Assembly: GCA_015487455.1 (NCBI GenBank)
Contig: WFPR01000047.1
Coordinates: forward strand, 1-32,305
Length of the DNA stretch: 32,305 nucleotides
Direction: 5' to 3'
DNA from: Candidatus Bipolaricaulota bacterium
Lineage (GTDB): Bacteria; Bipolaricaulota; Bipolaricaulia; RBG-16-55-9
The position numbers and the translations under genes are program-made. Below, one piece after another: positions 19,201 through 27,370 of the stretch. The number at the start of each line of letters is the position of its first letter. Positions within the stretch are counted from its first letter, which is position 1. A model generated the notes under the pieces. That model searched no databases. It had not been told where the DNA came from and saw nothing but the letters and a program-made list of their open reading frames with translations.

Positions 19201-20138
19201 AGATGAGGGCAAAGGCGATCGGGACGCTGAGCGAGCTGCTGGAGAGGGCCAAGGGGCGGGGCCCCAAGCGGGTGGCCGTGGTGGCCGCCGACGACCCGCT
19301 CGCGCTGGAGGCCGCCGCCCACGCCGTACGGCTAAGCCTGGCCGAGCCGGTGCTCGTCGGCGACCCGGCCGCCATTCGCGCCGCCTTGGAGCGGCTGGAC
19401 GGGGAGGCGCGCCGGGCGCTGGCGGGCTGCGCGATTGTGGAGGCTGAGGGGCCGGAGGAAGCGGCCCGGGAGGCCGTCGGGCTGGCCCGCTCGGGCGACG
19501 TCCGCGCCCTGCTCAAGGGGCACCTGCGCACGGACCAGCTGCTAAAAGCCGTGCTCGACAAGCACCACGGTCTGCGGACGGGGCGGCTGCTCAGCGATGT
19601 TCTCGTTTACGAGGACACGCTCTCCGGGCGCAAGCGCCTGGTCGGGATCACCGACGGCGGCGTCAACGTGCGCCCCACGCTCGACGAGAAAGTTCAGATC
19701 GTGCGCAACGCCGTCGAGGTCTTCCGCGCGTTGGGCTTCGAGCGGCCCAAGGTCGCGCTCCTGAGCGCCACGGAGGTCATCACGGACGCGATCCCCTCGA
19801 CGGTCGAGGCGCACGAGCTGACCCGGCGCCACCAACGGGGCGAGCTTGAGCTTCCAGAGTGCGAGCTGTACGGCCCCCTGGCGCTGGACAACGCTTTGTT
19901 GGAGTGGGCCGCCCGGGCCAAGGGCGTCCGCTCGCCCGTCGCGGGCCGGGCGGACGTTCTCGTCGTGCCCAACATCGAAGCGGGCAATCTGCTGGGAAAG
20001 GCCGTCAAGCACTTCGGGGGCTCGACCTGCGCCCACGTCATCCTGGGCGCGAAGGTGCCCGTCCTGATCCCGTCGCGGGTGGAGAGCGCCCAAGACAAGC
20101 TGCACTCGATCGCGCTGGGGGTGCTGATGGCCCCATGA
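19197..20138 (+). CDS. ptb: Phosphate butyryltransferase (phosphate acyltransferase, Ptb type)
   Basis: PTA_PTB-family pattern: [23 protein letters not shown]..; [14 protein letters not shown]; [13 protein letters not shown]. It sits directly upstream of buk and is translationally coupled to it. ATG 19203 is an alternative start. Confidence 0.8.
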   Translation: MKMRAKAIGTLSELLERAKGRGPKRVAVVAADDPLALEAAAHAVRLSLAEPVLVGDPAAIRAALERLDGEARRALAGCAIVEAEGPEEAAREAVGLARSGDVRALLKGHLRTDQLLKAVLDKHHGLRTGRLLSDVLVYEDTLSGRKRLVGITDGGVNVRPTLDEKVQIVRNAVEVFRALGFERPKVALLSATEVITDAIPSTVEAHELTRRHQRGELELPECELYGPLALDNALLEWAARAKGVRSPVAGRADVLVVPNIEAGNLLGKAVKHFGGSTCAHVILGAKVPVLIPSRVESAQDKLHSIALGVLMAP

Positions 20139-21217
20139 GCCCCACGGGCTTCAGGGTGCTGGCGATCAACCCCGGCTCGACGTCCACGAAGCTCGCGCTC
20201 TTCGAGGACGAGCGGCCGCTCTGGACGGAGACCCTGCGCCACGGCGACGAGCAGCTCAAGGCCTTTCGCGATCGGCCCATTTTGGACCAGCTCGGGGTCC
20301 GCCTGGAGGGCGTGCTGAGGGCGCTCGAGGCCCACGGCGTTCGGCTCGAGGAGCTGAGCGCCGTGGTCGGGCGGGGCGGGCTGCTCAAGCCCCTCCCGAG
20401 CGGGACATATCGCGTGAACGACGCGATGTTGCGCGATCTTAAGGCGGCCAAGAGGGGCGAGCACGCCTCCAACCTGGGCGCGGTTTTAGCGCACGAGATC
20501 GCGAAGCGGGCGGGGTGCCCGGCGTTCGTCGTCGACCCCGTCAGCGTGGACGAGTGGCCGCCGATCGCGCGCCTCTCGGGCCTCAAGGGGCTCGACCGCG
20601 AGCCCCTGTCGCACGCGCTCAACACCAAGGCCGTCGCGAAGCGCTTCGCCAAGGAGCGGGACAAGCGCTACGAGGAGCTGCGGCTGATCGTGGCGCACTT
20701 AGGGAGCGGCTTCTCGATCTCGGCCCACGAGGGCGGCCGCATGGTCGACGTCACGAACTCGCGGGAGGAGGGCGCCTTCTCGACGGAGCGGGCCGGGTCG
20801 CTCCCCGTGATGAAGCTCGCCGAGCTGTGCTTCTCGGGGCGCTACACGCTCAAGGACGTCGAGCGGATGGTCTTCCGGGAGGGCGGCCTCTACAGCTATT
20901 TGGGCACCCGCGAGCTGCGCGAGGTGCTCCGGCGCATCGAACGGGGCGACGAGTACGCCAAGCTCGTCCTCGACGCGATGATCTATCAAATCGCTAAGGA
21001 GGTCGGCGCGATGGCCACGGTGCTCAAGGGGCGCGTCGACGCCGTCCTGATCACGGGCGGGCTGGCCCACAGCCCCGAGGTCGTCGAAGGGGTCAAGGCG
21101 CGAATACGCTGGATCGCGCCCGTTTATGTCTATCCCGGCGAGGACGAGCTGCGGGCGCTGGCCGAGGGGGCGCTGCGGGCGCTCCGCGGCGAGGAGCCCG
21201 CCCGCGACTACGCGTAG
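20135..21217 (+). CDS. buk: Butyrate (branched-chain acyl) kinase
   Basis: RVLAINPGSTSTKLALFED, VVGRGG, HASNLG, VAHLGSGFSI, ITGGLAHS. ATG 20135 overlaps the ptb stop (ATGA). Confidence 0.92.
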   Translation: MSPTGFRVLAINPGSTSTKLALFEDERPLWTETLRHGDEQLKAFRDRPILDQLGVRLEGVLRALEAHGVRLEELSAVVGRGGLLKPLPSGTYRVNDAMLRDLKAAKRGEHASNLGAVLAHEIAKRAGCPAFVVDPVSVDEWPPIARLSGLKGLDREPLSHALNTKAVAKRFAKERDKRYEELRLIVAHLGSGFSISAHEGGRMVDVTNSREEGAFSTERAGSLPVMKLAELCFSGRYTLKDVERMVFREGGLYSYLGTRELREVLRRIERGDEYAKLVLDAMIYQIAKEVGAMATVLKGRVDAVLITGGLAHSPEVVEGVKARIRWIAPVYVYPGEDELRALAEGALRALRGEEPARDYA

Positions 21218-21241
21218 CGGGTAGCGGGTAACGCGTAGCGA
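21214..21241. repeat. Four tandem heptamers (GTAGCGG GTAGCGG GTAACGC GTAGCGA) at the buk stop
   Basis: Stops TAG 21215, TAG 21222, TAA 21229 and TAG 21236 are spaced 7 nt apart, so all three forward frames are closed. Confidence 0.95.
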
Positions 21242-21312
21242 GCCGAGCGCCGATGGGGTATGATGGCCGGCGACGACCCGCAAGCCGCGAGCGCGAGGAG
21301 GCGAAGCGAGGG

Positions 21313-22659
21313 ATGGCCTTTGAGTTCAAGCTGCCCGACATCGGGGAGGGCATCCACGAGGGCGAGATCGTCCGCTGGCTGGTCAAGGAGGGCGACCGCG
21401 TCGAGGAGGACCAGCCCCTCGTCGAGGTGATGACGGACAAGGCCACGGTGGAGCTGCCCTCGCCCGTGGCCGGGACGGTCCTGGAGATCAAGGCGAAGGA
21501 GGGCGAGGTCGTGAAGGTGGGCTCGGTGCTCGTCGTGATCGGCGAGGCGGGCGAAGCCGGGGTCCCCAAGCGCGACGGCCGGGAGCGCGAGGCGGCCGTG
21601 GCCGCCGCGACCGCCGCCAGCACAGCGGCCCCGACGCCCGAGAAGCCCGAGCGGGAGCGGGCGGTGGAGGAGGCCGCCCCGGCTCCGGCGCCGCCCCCGT
21701 CGACGCGCAAGCGGGTGCTGGCCACGCCGGCCACCCGGCGGCTGGCCCGCGAGCTGGGCGTCGACATCACCCAGGTCGAGGGGACGGGGCCCGGCGGCCG
21801 CGTCACCGACGAGGACGTCCGGCGCTTCGCCGAGAGGCTGAAGGCGGGCGTCGCCGCCCCGACGCCCACGCCCGCGGCGCCCACGCCCAAGCCCGAAGAG
21901 AAAGAGAAGGTGGAAGCGCCACGCCCGCGGCCCAGGCCCGTCCCGCTCCGCTACGAGGAGCTGGAGGAGCGCGTGCCCATTCGAGGCATCCGCAAGCGCA
22001 TCTCCGACCACATGCGCCACGCCAAGGCCACCGCGGCCCACTTCACCTACGTCGACGAGGTCGACGTCACGGAGCTCGTCAAGCTGCGGGCGGAGCTGCT
22101 CCCCCTGGCCGAGGAGCAGGGCGTCAAGCTCACGTACCTGCCGTTCATCGTCAAGGCCACGATCGGGGCGCTGAAGAAGCACCCCGGGCTCAACGCCCAC
22201 GTCGACTACGAGAAGGAGGAGATCATCGTCAAGCGCTACTACCACATCGGGATCGCGACGGCCACGGATCGCGGTCTGATCGTCCCGGTGGTCAAGGACG
22301 CGGATCGTTTGAGCGTGTTGGAGCTGGCGGCGGAGATTCAGCGCCTGGCCCAGAAGGCCCGCGACGGGACGATCGAGCCCGACGAGATTCGGGGCTCGAC
22401 GTTCACGATCACGAGCTTGGGCCCGATCGGCGGGCTGCTGGCCACCCCCGTGATCAACACGCCCGAGGTCGCGATCCTGGGCGTCCACGAGATCAAGAAG
22501 CGCCCTGTGGTCATGGACAACGAGATCGCCATCCGCGACGTGATGAATTTGAGCTGCTCCTTCGACCATCGCGTGATCGACGGCCACGTCGGGGCGGCGT
22601 TCGTCAAGGACGTCAAGGCCCTGCTCGAGGACCCGAAGAAGCTGCTCGTCCACATGTGA
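21313..22659 (+). CDS. Dihydrolipoamide acyltransferase, E2 component of a 2-oxoacid dehydrogenase complex (likely branched-chain, given ptb-buk)
   Basis: Lipoyl domain FKLPDIGEGIHEGEI..VMTDKATVELPSP, Ala/Pro linkers, E1/E3-binding domain LATPATRRLARELGVDI..GTGPGGRV, catalytic DHRVIDG. ATG 21313 with GAGGAGG upstream. Confidence 0.92.
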   Translation: MAFEFKLPDIGEGIHEGEIVRWLVKEGDRVEEDQPLVEVMTDKATVELPSPVAGTVLEIKAKEGEVVKVGSVLVVIGEAGEAGVPKRDGREREAAVAAATAASTAAPTPEKPERERAVEEAAPAPAPPPSTRKRVLATPATRRLARELGVDITQVEGTGPGGRVTDEDVRRFAERLKAGVAAPTPTPAAPTPKPEEKEKVEAPRPRPRPVPLRYEELEERVPIRGIRKRISDHMRHAKATAAHFTYVDEVDVTELVKLRAELLPLAEEQGVKLTYLPFIVKATIGALKKHPGLNAHVDYEKEEIIVKRYYHIGIATATDRGLIVPVVKDADRLSVLELAAEIQRLAQKARDGTIEPDEIRGSTFTITSLGPIGGLLATPVINTPEVAILGVHEIKKRPVVMDNEIAIRDVMNLSCSFDHRVIDGHVGAAFVKDVKALLEDPKKLLVHM

Positions 22660-23411
22660 GCGTTGGACTGAACTCAAAGCAAAACGCGCGGCGAGGGGCC
22701 TGGCTGCTCGACCTGGGGCTCCGGCCCTACAAGGACGTCTGGGCGCTGCAGAAGCGGCTCGTGGAGCGCCGCCTCCGCGGCGAGGTTCCCGACGTGTTGA
22801 TTTTGGTGGAGCATCCGCCCGTGATCACGCTGGGCCGCGGGCGCCCCGCCGCCCCGCCGCTGAAGCGATCGCCCGAGGCCCTTCGAGCCAGGGGCGTCGA
22901 GCTCTTCGAGGTCGAGCGCGGCGGCGAGGCGACCTTCCACGGGCCGGGCCAGCTCGTCGGGTACCCCATCCTGAAGCTCGAGGGCCCCTTGAGAGATTTG
23001 CATCGCTACCTGCGCGAGCTGGAGGGGCTGCTGATCGACGCCTTGGGGGATCTGGGGCTCCCCGCCCGGCGCCTGGAGGGCGCGACGGGCGTCTGGACTC
23101 AGACGTCCCCTCCCAGGAAGCTCGCCTCGATCGGGGTGGCCGTCCGGCGCTGGGTGACGTACCACGGGTTCGCGCTGAACGTGAGCGTCGATCTAAGCTA
23201 CTTCGAGCTGATCTCGCCCTGCGGCTTCGAGAGCGGGGTCATGACGTCGGTGGCGCGCGAGCTGGGCCGCCCCGTCCCGATGGCGTGGGTCAAGGCGCGG
23301 GTGGTCGAGCGCTTCGCCGAGCGCTTCGGCCTTCGCCTCGACCAGCCCGGCCTCGTCCCGTCCCCCGTCGGGCCGGAGCCGGGGCTTGCCCCTGACTCTG
23401 ATTTCGATTGA
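22656..23411 (+). CDS. lipB: Lipoyl(octanoyl) transferase LipB
   Basis: ERGGEATFHGPGQLVGYPIL and KLASIGVAVRRWVTYHGFALNV motifs. GTG 22656 overlaps the E2 stop (GTGA). Confidence 0.9.
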   Translation: MSVGLNSKQNARRGAWLLDLGLRPYKDVWALQKRLVERRLRGEVPDVLILVEHPPVITLGRGRPAAPPLKRSPEALRARGVELFEVERGGEATFHGPGQLVGYPILKLEGPLRDLHRYLRELEGLLIDALGDLGLPARRLEGATGVWTQTSPPRKLASIGVAVRRWVTYHGFALNVSVDLSYFELISPCGFESGVMTSVARELGRPVPMAWVKARVVERFAERFGLRLDQPGLVPSPVGPEPGLAPDSDFD

Positions 23412-23440
23412 GTTGATCGAGTTGAGCGGCGACGCGGACC

Positions 23441-23869
23441 ATGGACTCCCGTACGGACGCGAAGCTTGCGGGCTCTCGGGTCAAGCGGGCCCTCTGGGTC
23501 GGGCTGGGGACCCTGTGCCTCGGTCTGGGGCTGGTGGGCCTGCTGCTGCCGGTGATGCCGACCACCGTCTTCGTGCTGCTGGCCGCGTACTGCTACGCCC
23601 GCAGCTCCCCGCGGCTCTACGACCGGCTGCTCCGCCATCCCCGCTTCGGCCCGACGATCCGGCGCTGGCAGGCCCAAAGGGCGATGCCCCGCTGGGCCAA
23701 GCGCGTCGCGCTGACGGCCCTGCTCGGGGGCACCGCCGTCGGGATGCTGACGGTGCCGTCGTCCTGGGCGCGCGCCGCGCTCGCCCTGGCCGCCGCCCTC
23801 CTGATTGCCGTTCTATTGCGCATCCCTTCGTACGCTCCCGCGTCGAGTCGCCGGGGGAAATCCGTCTGA
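23441..23869 (+). CDS. ybaN: DUF454-family inner membrane protein (YbaN-like)
   Basis: GLLLPVMPTTVFVLLAAYCYARSSPRLYDRLLRHPRFGPTIRRW is the characteristic YbaN N-terminal pattern. Small and multi-TM. Confidence 0.8.
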   Translation: MDSRTDAKLAGSRVKRALWVGLGTLCLGLGLVGLLLPVMPTTVFVLLAAYCYARSSPRLYDRLLRHPRFGPTIRRWQAQRAMPRWAKRVALTALLGGTAVGMLTVPSSWARAALALAAALLIAVLLRIPSYAPASSRRGKSV

Positions 23870-23944
23870 CGCGAAGGGGCCAGCGGCGATTGTGCCCGCC
23901 TCCCGAGCGGCGCTAGAATGGCCACGACGGGCCGCCGTCGCCTC

Positions 23945-23992
23945 GCGACGCGAGCGCGAGCACGAGCGCGAGCGCGAACGCAAACGCGAACG
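23945..23992. repeat. Eight imperfect hexamers (CGAGCG/CGAACG type) upstream of, or within, the 5' end of the VWA gene
   Basis: The sequence reads GCGACG CGAGCG CGAGCA CGAGCG CGAGCG CGAACG CAAACG CGAACG. It would encode ATRARARARARTQTRT if ATG 23918 is used. Confidence 0.9.
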
Positions 23993-24016
23993 GCGCCCCG
24001 AAGGAGGGGATGGCCT

Positions 24017-26074
24017 GTGCACACCGGGCAGCGCGAGAGAGCGTGGGGTTGGAGCTGGAGGGGGCTCCTCGTCGGGGCCGGTCTGTTGCTCGTCGGCTTG
24101 GGCTGGAGCATGAGCGCCCAGGAGGGGGCTCTGAAGCTGGAGCTGCGCGTCGAGCCCCAGCAGATCGTCGTCCGGGGGACCGGGACGCCGGACGTCGCGA
24201 CCGTGACGATCGCGCTCAGCGGTCCCGAGATCTCCGGGCCGCCGATGGACCTGCTGCTGGCGCTGGACCGCTCGGCCAGCGTGGATCTGGAGCGCGTGCG
24301 GGCGATTGCCCGCGCGTTCGTGCACCATCTCAGCGCGAAGGATCGCGTCGGGATCGTCTCTTTTGCGGACGTGGCCAAGCTGGAGCTGGGCCTCACGGAC
24401 GACCACGCCAAAGCGTTGGAGATCGTTGAGGGGCTGGCCCCCGGGGACCGGACGGCGCTGGGGGACGGGCTCCGGCTGGCGCTCGACGAGCTGACGCAGA
24501 AGGGCCGTAAGGACGCCGTGAAGCTGATCGTGCTCCCGACGGACGGGGTGAACAACGCGGGGAGCGACCCGCGGGCGCAATCCGAGCGGGCGGGCGAGGC
24601 CGAGATCCCCATTTACGCGATCGGGCTCAGCCCCGCCGCCCGGCGGGCCTTGCTCCACGAGCTGGCCCGCACAAGCGGCGGCCTCTTCTACGGGAGCTTC
24701 AGCGTCGACGTGCTGGAGAGCGTCTTCGCGCGGGCCGAGCGCGGGGTCGTGGCCCGCGAGCTGCGCCTCACCCAGCTCCTGCCCGACGGCTTGGTCTACG
24801 TTCAGGGCGTGGAGAACCCGCCCGGCGTCAGCCCCGGCCGCAAGTGGACCCGCCTCGAGTGGCACCTGCCCCTGTTCTTCGAGGGGCAGCGCTGGCGAAC
24901 TCAATATCAAGTCGGCGCCGCGCGCGAGGGCTCGTTCAGCCTGGGGGAGCCCCCCCTCGTGCTGGAGTACCTCGACGCGCAGGGCCGGCCCGTGACGGTG
25001 GAGGCGGCCGCGACCGCGACGCTGCAAGCCAAGTCAGGGCCGGGCGCCGCGCCCTCTCCTCAGCCCCAGCCGCCCCAGCCCGAGCAGCCGGGACAGCCTG
25101 AACAGCCCGAACAACCCGAGCAGCCCGAGCCAGAGCCCGAGGAGCCGCCCAACGAGCCACCGACGGCCCGGCTCGCCTTCAGTCCGGAGGAGCCCGTGCT
25201 GGGCGAGGCCGTCCGCTTCGACGCCTCGGGCTCCAAGGACCCCGACGGGAAGATCACAAAGTACGAGTGGGACTTCACCAACGACGGGACGTTCGACCTC
25301 GAGACGAAGGAGCCCGAGGCGATCCGCGCCTACGGGGTGGGCGAGTACACCGTCCGGGTGCGGGTCACAGATGACAAGGGGGCCACGGCGGAGGCCGTCG
25401 TCACCCTCAAGGTGAAGGAGGGCCTGCACCCGGAGGCGCCCTACTTCGCGACGTTCTCGGGCGAGCCCACCGTCCCCGAGTGGATGAGCTATTACATCGA
25501 CGACGGCGTCGTCACGGACGAGGAGGTGCGCGACGCGAACGCCCGCTTCGCCGCCGACGTCTTCATCCCCGGCACGCAGTATCGCCTGACGAGCGACGAC
25601 GTCCAGGCGATCATCCAGATCAACCAGCTGGCCCGGCTCGTCTCAAAGTACGAGCGCCCCGACGCGGCCGAGGCCGACGGCTACCAAAAAGTCGGGGATT
25701 TTTTAGAGGGGATCGGGCAGCTCTACGTCAAGGCCGAGCATCTGAAGGGCCCGCCGCGGTTCGACCGCCCGCCCGTGCTCCTCTACGCCTACGACGACCA
25801 GGGGAGGCTCAAGCTGGCGGGTGTTCGCTTTATCGCCTTCGACAAGGACACGACGCTCTTCCAGGTCACGAACTGGCCGAAGGCCCCGGCCCAGGCGGTG
25901 TACGCCGACGGCTCGACCCAGAAGGCCGACGCGCCCGAGAAGGCCCAGCCCGAGCGGAACGGTCGGCCGCTGAAGTTCTGGCACCCGGAGCTGTACGCGC
26001 TGAACGTCTGGGTGGGCCTGATCAACCCCGACGGCCTCTTCGCGTGGAAGAACCCCGAGGTCAAGAAGCGCTAG
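24017..26074 (+). CDS. Membrane-anchored or secreted VWA-domain protein with a Pro-Gln/Pro-Glu linker, a PKD domain and an uncharacterised C-terminal domain
   Basis: Hydrophobic anchor WRGLLVGAGLLLVGLGW. VWA/MIDAS LLLALDRSASV..RVGIVSFAD..LPTDGVNN. Linker PQPQPPQPEQPGQPEQPEQPEQPEPEPEEPP. PKD PTARLAFSP..FDASGSKDPDGKITKYEWDFTNDG..YTVRVRVTDDKGATA. GTG 24017 is preferred (AGGAGG 24002-24007, 9-nt spacing); the ORF is open from ATG 23918. Confidence 0.75.
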   Translation: MHTGQRERAWGWSWRGLLVGAGLLLVGLGWSMSAQEGALKLELRVEPQQIVVRGTGTPDVATVTIALSGPEISGPPMDLLLALDRSASVDLERVRAIARAFVHHLSAKDRVGIVSFADVAKLELGLTDDHAKALEIVEGLAPGDRTALGDGLRLALDELTQKGRKDAVKLIVLPTDGVNNAGSDPRAQSERAGEAEIPIYAIGLSPAARRALLHELARTSGGLFYGSFSVDVLESVFARAERGVVARELRLTQLLPDGLVYVQGVENPPGVSPGRKWTRLEWHLPLFFEGQRWRTQYQVGAAREGSFSLGEPPLVLEYLDAQGRPVTVEAAATATLQAKSGPGAAPSPQPQPPQPEQPGQPEQPEQPEQPEPEPEEPPNEPPTARLAFSPEEPVLGEAVRFDASGSKDPDGKITKYEWDFTNDGTFDLETKEPEAIRAYGVGEYTVRVRVTDDKGATAEAVVTLKVKEGLHPEAPYFATFSGEPTVPEWMSYYIDDGVVTDEEVRDANARFAADVFIPGTQYRLTSDDVQAIIQINQLARLVSKYERPDAAEADGYQKVGDFLEGIGQLYVKAEHLKGPPRFDRPPVLLYAYDDQGRLKLAGVRFIAFDKDTTLFQVTNWPKAPAQAVYADGSTQKADAPEKAQPERNGRPLKFWHPELYALNVWVGLINPDGLFAWKNPEVKKR
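25061..25149. repeat. About 15 imperfect hexamers (CAGCCC/GAGCCC/GAACAG type) encoding the P-Q/P-E linker of the VWA protein
   Basis: CAGCCCCAGCCGCCCCAGCCCGAGCAGCCGGGACAGCCTGAACAGCCCGAACAACCCGAGCAGCCCGAGCCAGAGCCCGAGGAGCCG. Confidence 0.85.
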
Positions 26075-26097
26075 CGCTGCAGCCCGTTCCCTTAAGC

Positions 26098-26961
26098 TTG
26101 GAGGGGGCAACGGTCGAGTTCGAGGAGCGGACGGTCCTCGTCTCGGAAACCCCGCGGGTCGAGCTGCGGGCGCTGATCGGGGGGCCCCAGCCCCAAACTC
26201 AGACTCAAACTCAACAACAAAGCCAAAGCGCCCCCCGGACGATCGTGTTCGTGCACGGGTTCGGCGGCTGGAAGGAGCAGTGGCTCCCCCAGATGCGCCG
26301 CTTCGCCCCGTGCGCGCGGGTCATCGCTTTCGATTTGCGGGGCCACGGGGCGTCGTCGAAGCCGCGCTCCGAGTACAGCGTCGAGGAGCTTTTGAACGAC
26401 CTTCGGGCCGCGGTGAACGCCCTGAACGTGCGGAGGCCGTTCGTGCTCGTGGGGCATTCGTTCGGCGCGGCGCTGGTCGCCTCGTACGCCGCCGCGCACC
26501 CCGACGAGATCGAGAAGCTGGGGCTGATCAGCCCGGCCAGCGACTACTCGCTCGGGGTCCTGTACCGCTGGGTGTTCTACGCGCCCGACGGGCTCTTCGA
26601 GCTGGGGCTGCGGGTGCTCAACGCGATCCGGCCGACGTTCAAAGCGCCCGTCTACGCGCTGAAGGCGCTCTACTTCAACGCCCTGCGCGCGTGGGACGCC
26701 GGGCGCGTCCTACCCCGCGTGCGGGCGCCCGCCCTCGTGATCCGGCCCTGGCTCGACCCGCTCTTCTCGCGGCGGAACGTGCGGCGGGTGGTCGAACTGC
26801 TCCCCGACGCCGAGGAGGTCGTCATCCCGAGCCTCTCGCACGTGCTGATGACCGCCCGCCCCCAAGCCGTGGGCGACGCGCTGGCGCGCTTCCTCGAGCT
26901 CCCCTCGCGGCCGGGCGCAGGCCCGAGCCCGAGCCCGAACGCGAACGCGGGTTGCCCCTGA
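26098..26961 (+). CDS. Alpha/beta-fold hydrolase
   Basis: VFVHGFGG oxyanion region, nucleophile elbow VGHSFGA, C-terminal SHVLM (His). The start is uncertain: TTG 26098 is the first plausible start after the upstream stop at 26074, and there is no clear SD. Confidence 0.75.
   Translation: MEGATVEFEERTVLVSETPRVELRALIGGPQPQTQTQTQQQSQSAPRTIVFVHGFGGWKEQWLPQMRRFAPCARVIAFDLRGHGASSKPRSEYSVEELLNDLRAAVNALNVRRPFVLVGHSFGAALVASYAAAHPDEIEKLGLISPASDYSLGVLYRWVFYAPDGLFELGLRVLNAIRPTFKAPVYALKALYFNALRAWDAGRVLPRVRAPALVIRPWLDPLFSRRNVRRVVELLPDAEEVVIPSLSHVLMTARPQAVGDALARFLELPSRPGAGPSPSPNANAGCP
26185..26229. repeat. CAA-based hexamer tract in the alpha/beta hydrolase N-terminus (encodes PQPQTQTQTQQQSQS)
   Basis: CCCCAG CCCCAA ACTCAG ACTCAA ACTCAA CAACAA AGCCAA AGC. 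Confidence 0.9.
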
Positions 26962-27043
26962 GGGCGTGGGCGCCCTATACTGCATCGGGCTTGCTTGTCT
27001 TGTGCAGCACGGCTACGAGCGCGGGGGCGGGGAGCCAACGACG

Positions 27044-27361
27044 ATGAAGGGGGACGGGCTGGACGCCTGGCGGCGGCGGATCGACGAGCTGGACGAGCAG
27101 ATCGTCAAGCTGCTGGGCGAGCGAATCCGCTGCGCGCTGGAGATCGCGAAGCTCAAGCGGGCGCGGGGGGAGCCGCTCCGCTCCGTCGAGCGCGAGCTCG
27201 AAGTTTTGGCTCGGGTCGTCCAGCTCAACGCGCTGGGGCCGCTGAGCACCGACGCGCTGCTCGCGATCTACCGCACGATCTTGGACGAGACGCGCAAGCT
27301 CCAAGAAAAAGCCCTAAAGCGGAGGGCGCTTGAGGAGCCGGGCGATGGGAGCCGGAGCTAG
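27044..27361 (+). CDS. Chorismate mutase, AroQ (type II) class, monofunctional (105 aa)
   Basis: LDAWRRRIDELDEQIVKLLGERIRCALEIAKLKR..P..SVERELEVL..IYRTILDETRKLQ is the canonical CM_2 helix pattern. ATG 27044 follows GGGGAG. Confidence 0.85.
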   Translation: MKGDGLDAWRRRIDELDEQIVKLLGERIRCALEIAKLKRARGEPLRSVERELEVLARVVQLNALGPLSTDALLAIYRTILDETRKLQEKALKRRALEEPGDGSRS

Positions 27362-27370
27362 CTTCGCCAG

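Noticed and set aside
23918-24016. A twin-arginine (Tat) signal in the Arg-rich N-terminus of the VWA protein.
   Set aside because: The Arg residues come from the RARARA repeat, which lies more than 25 residues from the hydrophobic segment. There is no S/T-R-R-x-F-L-K-like motif adjacent to the h-region. The segment may not be translated at all.
25061-25149. Hexamer and other short tandem repeats across the window as a possible CRISPR array or mobile-element termini.
   Set aside because: The period is 6-16 nt with no spacers, and the tracts are in frame inside CDS or exactly at gene junctions. No cas genes, transposase or integrase are present in the window.
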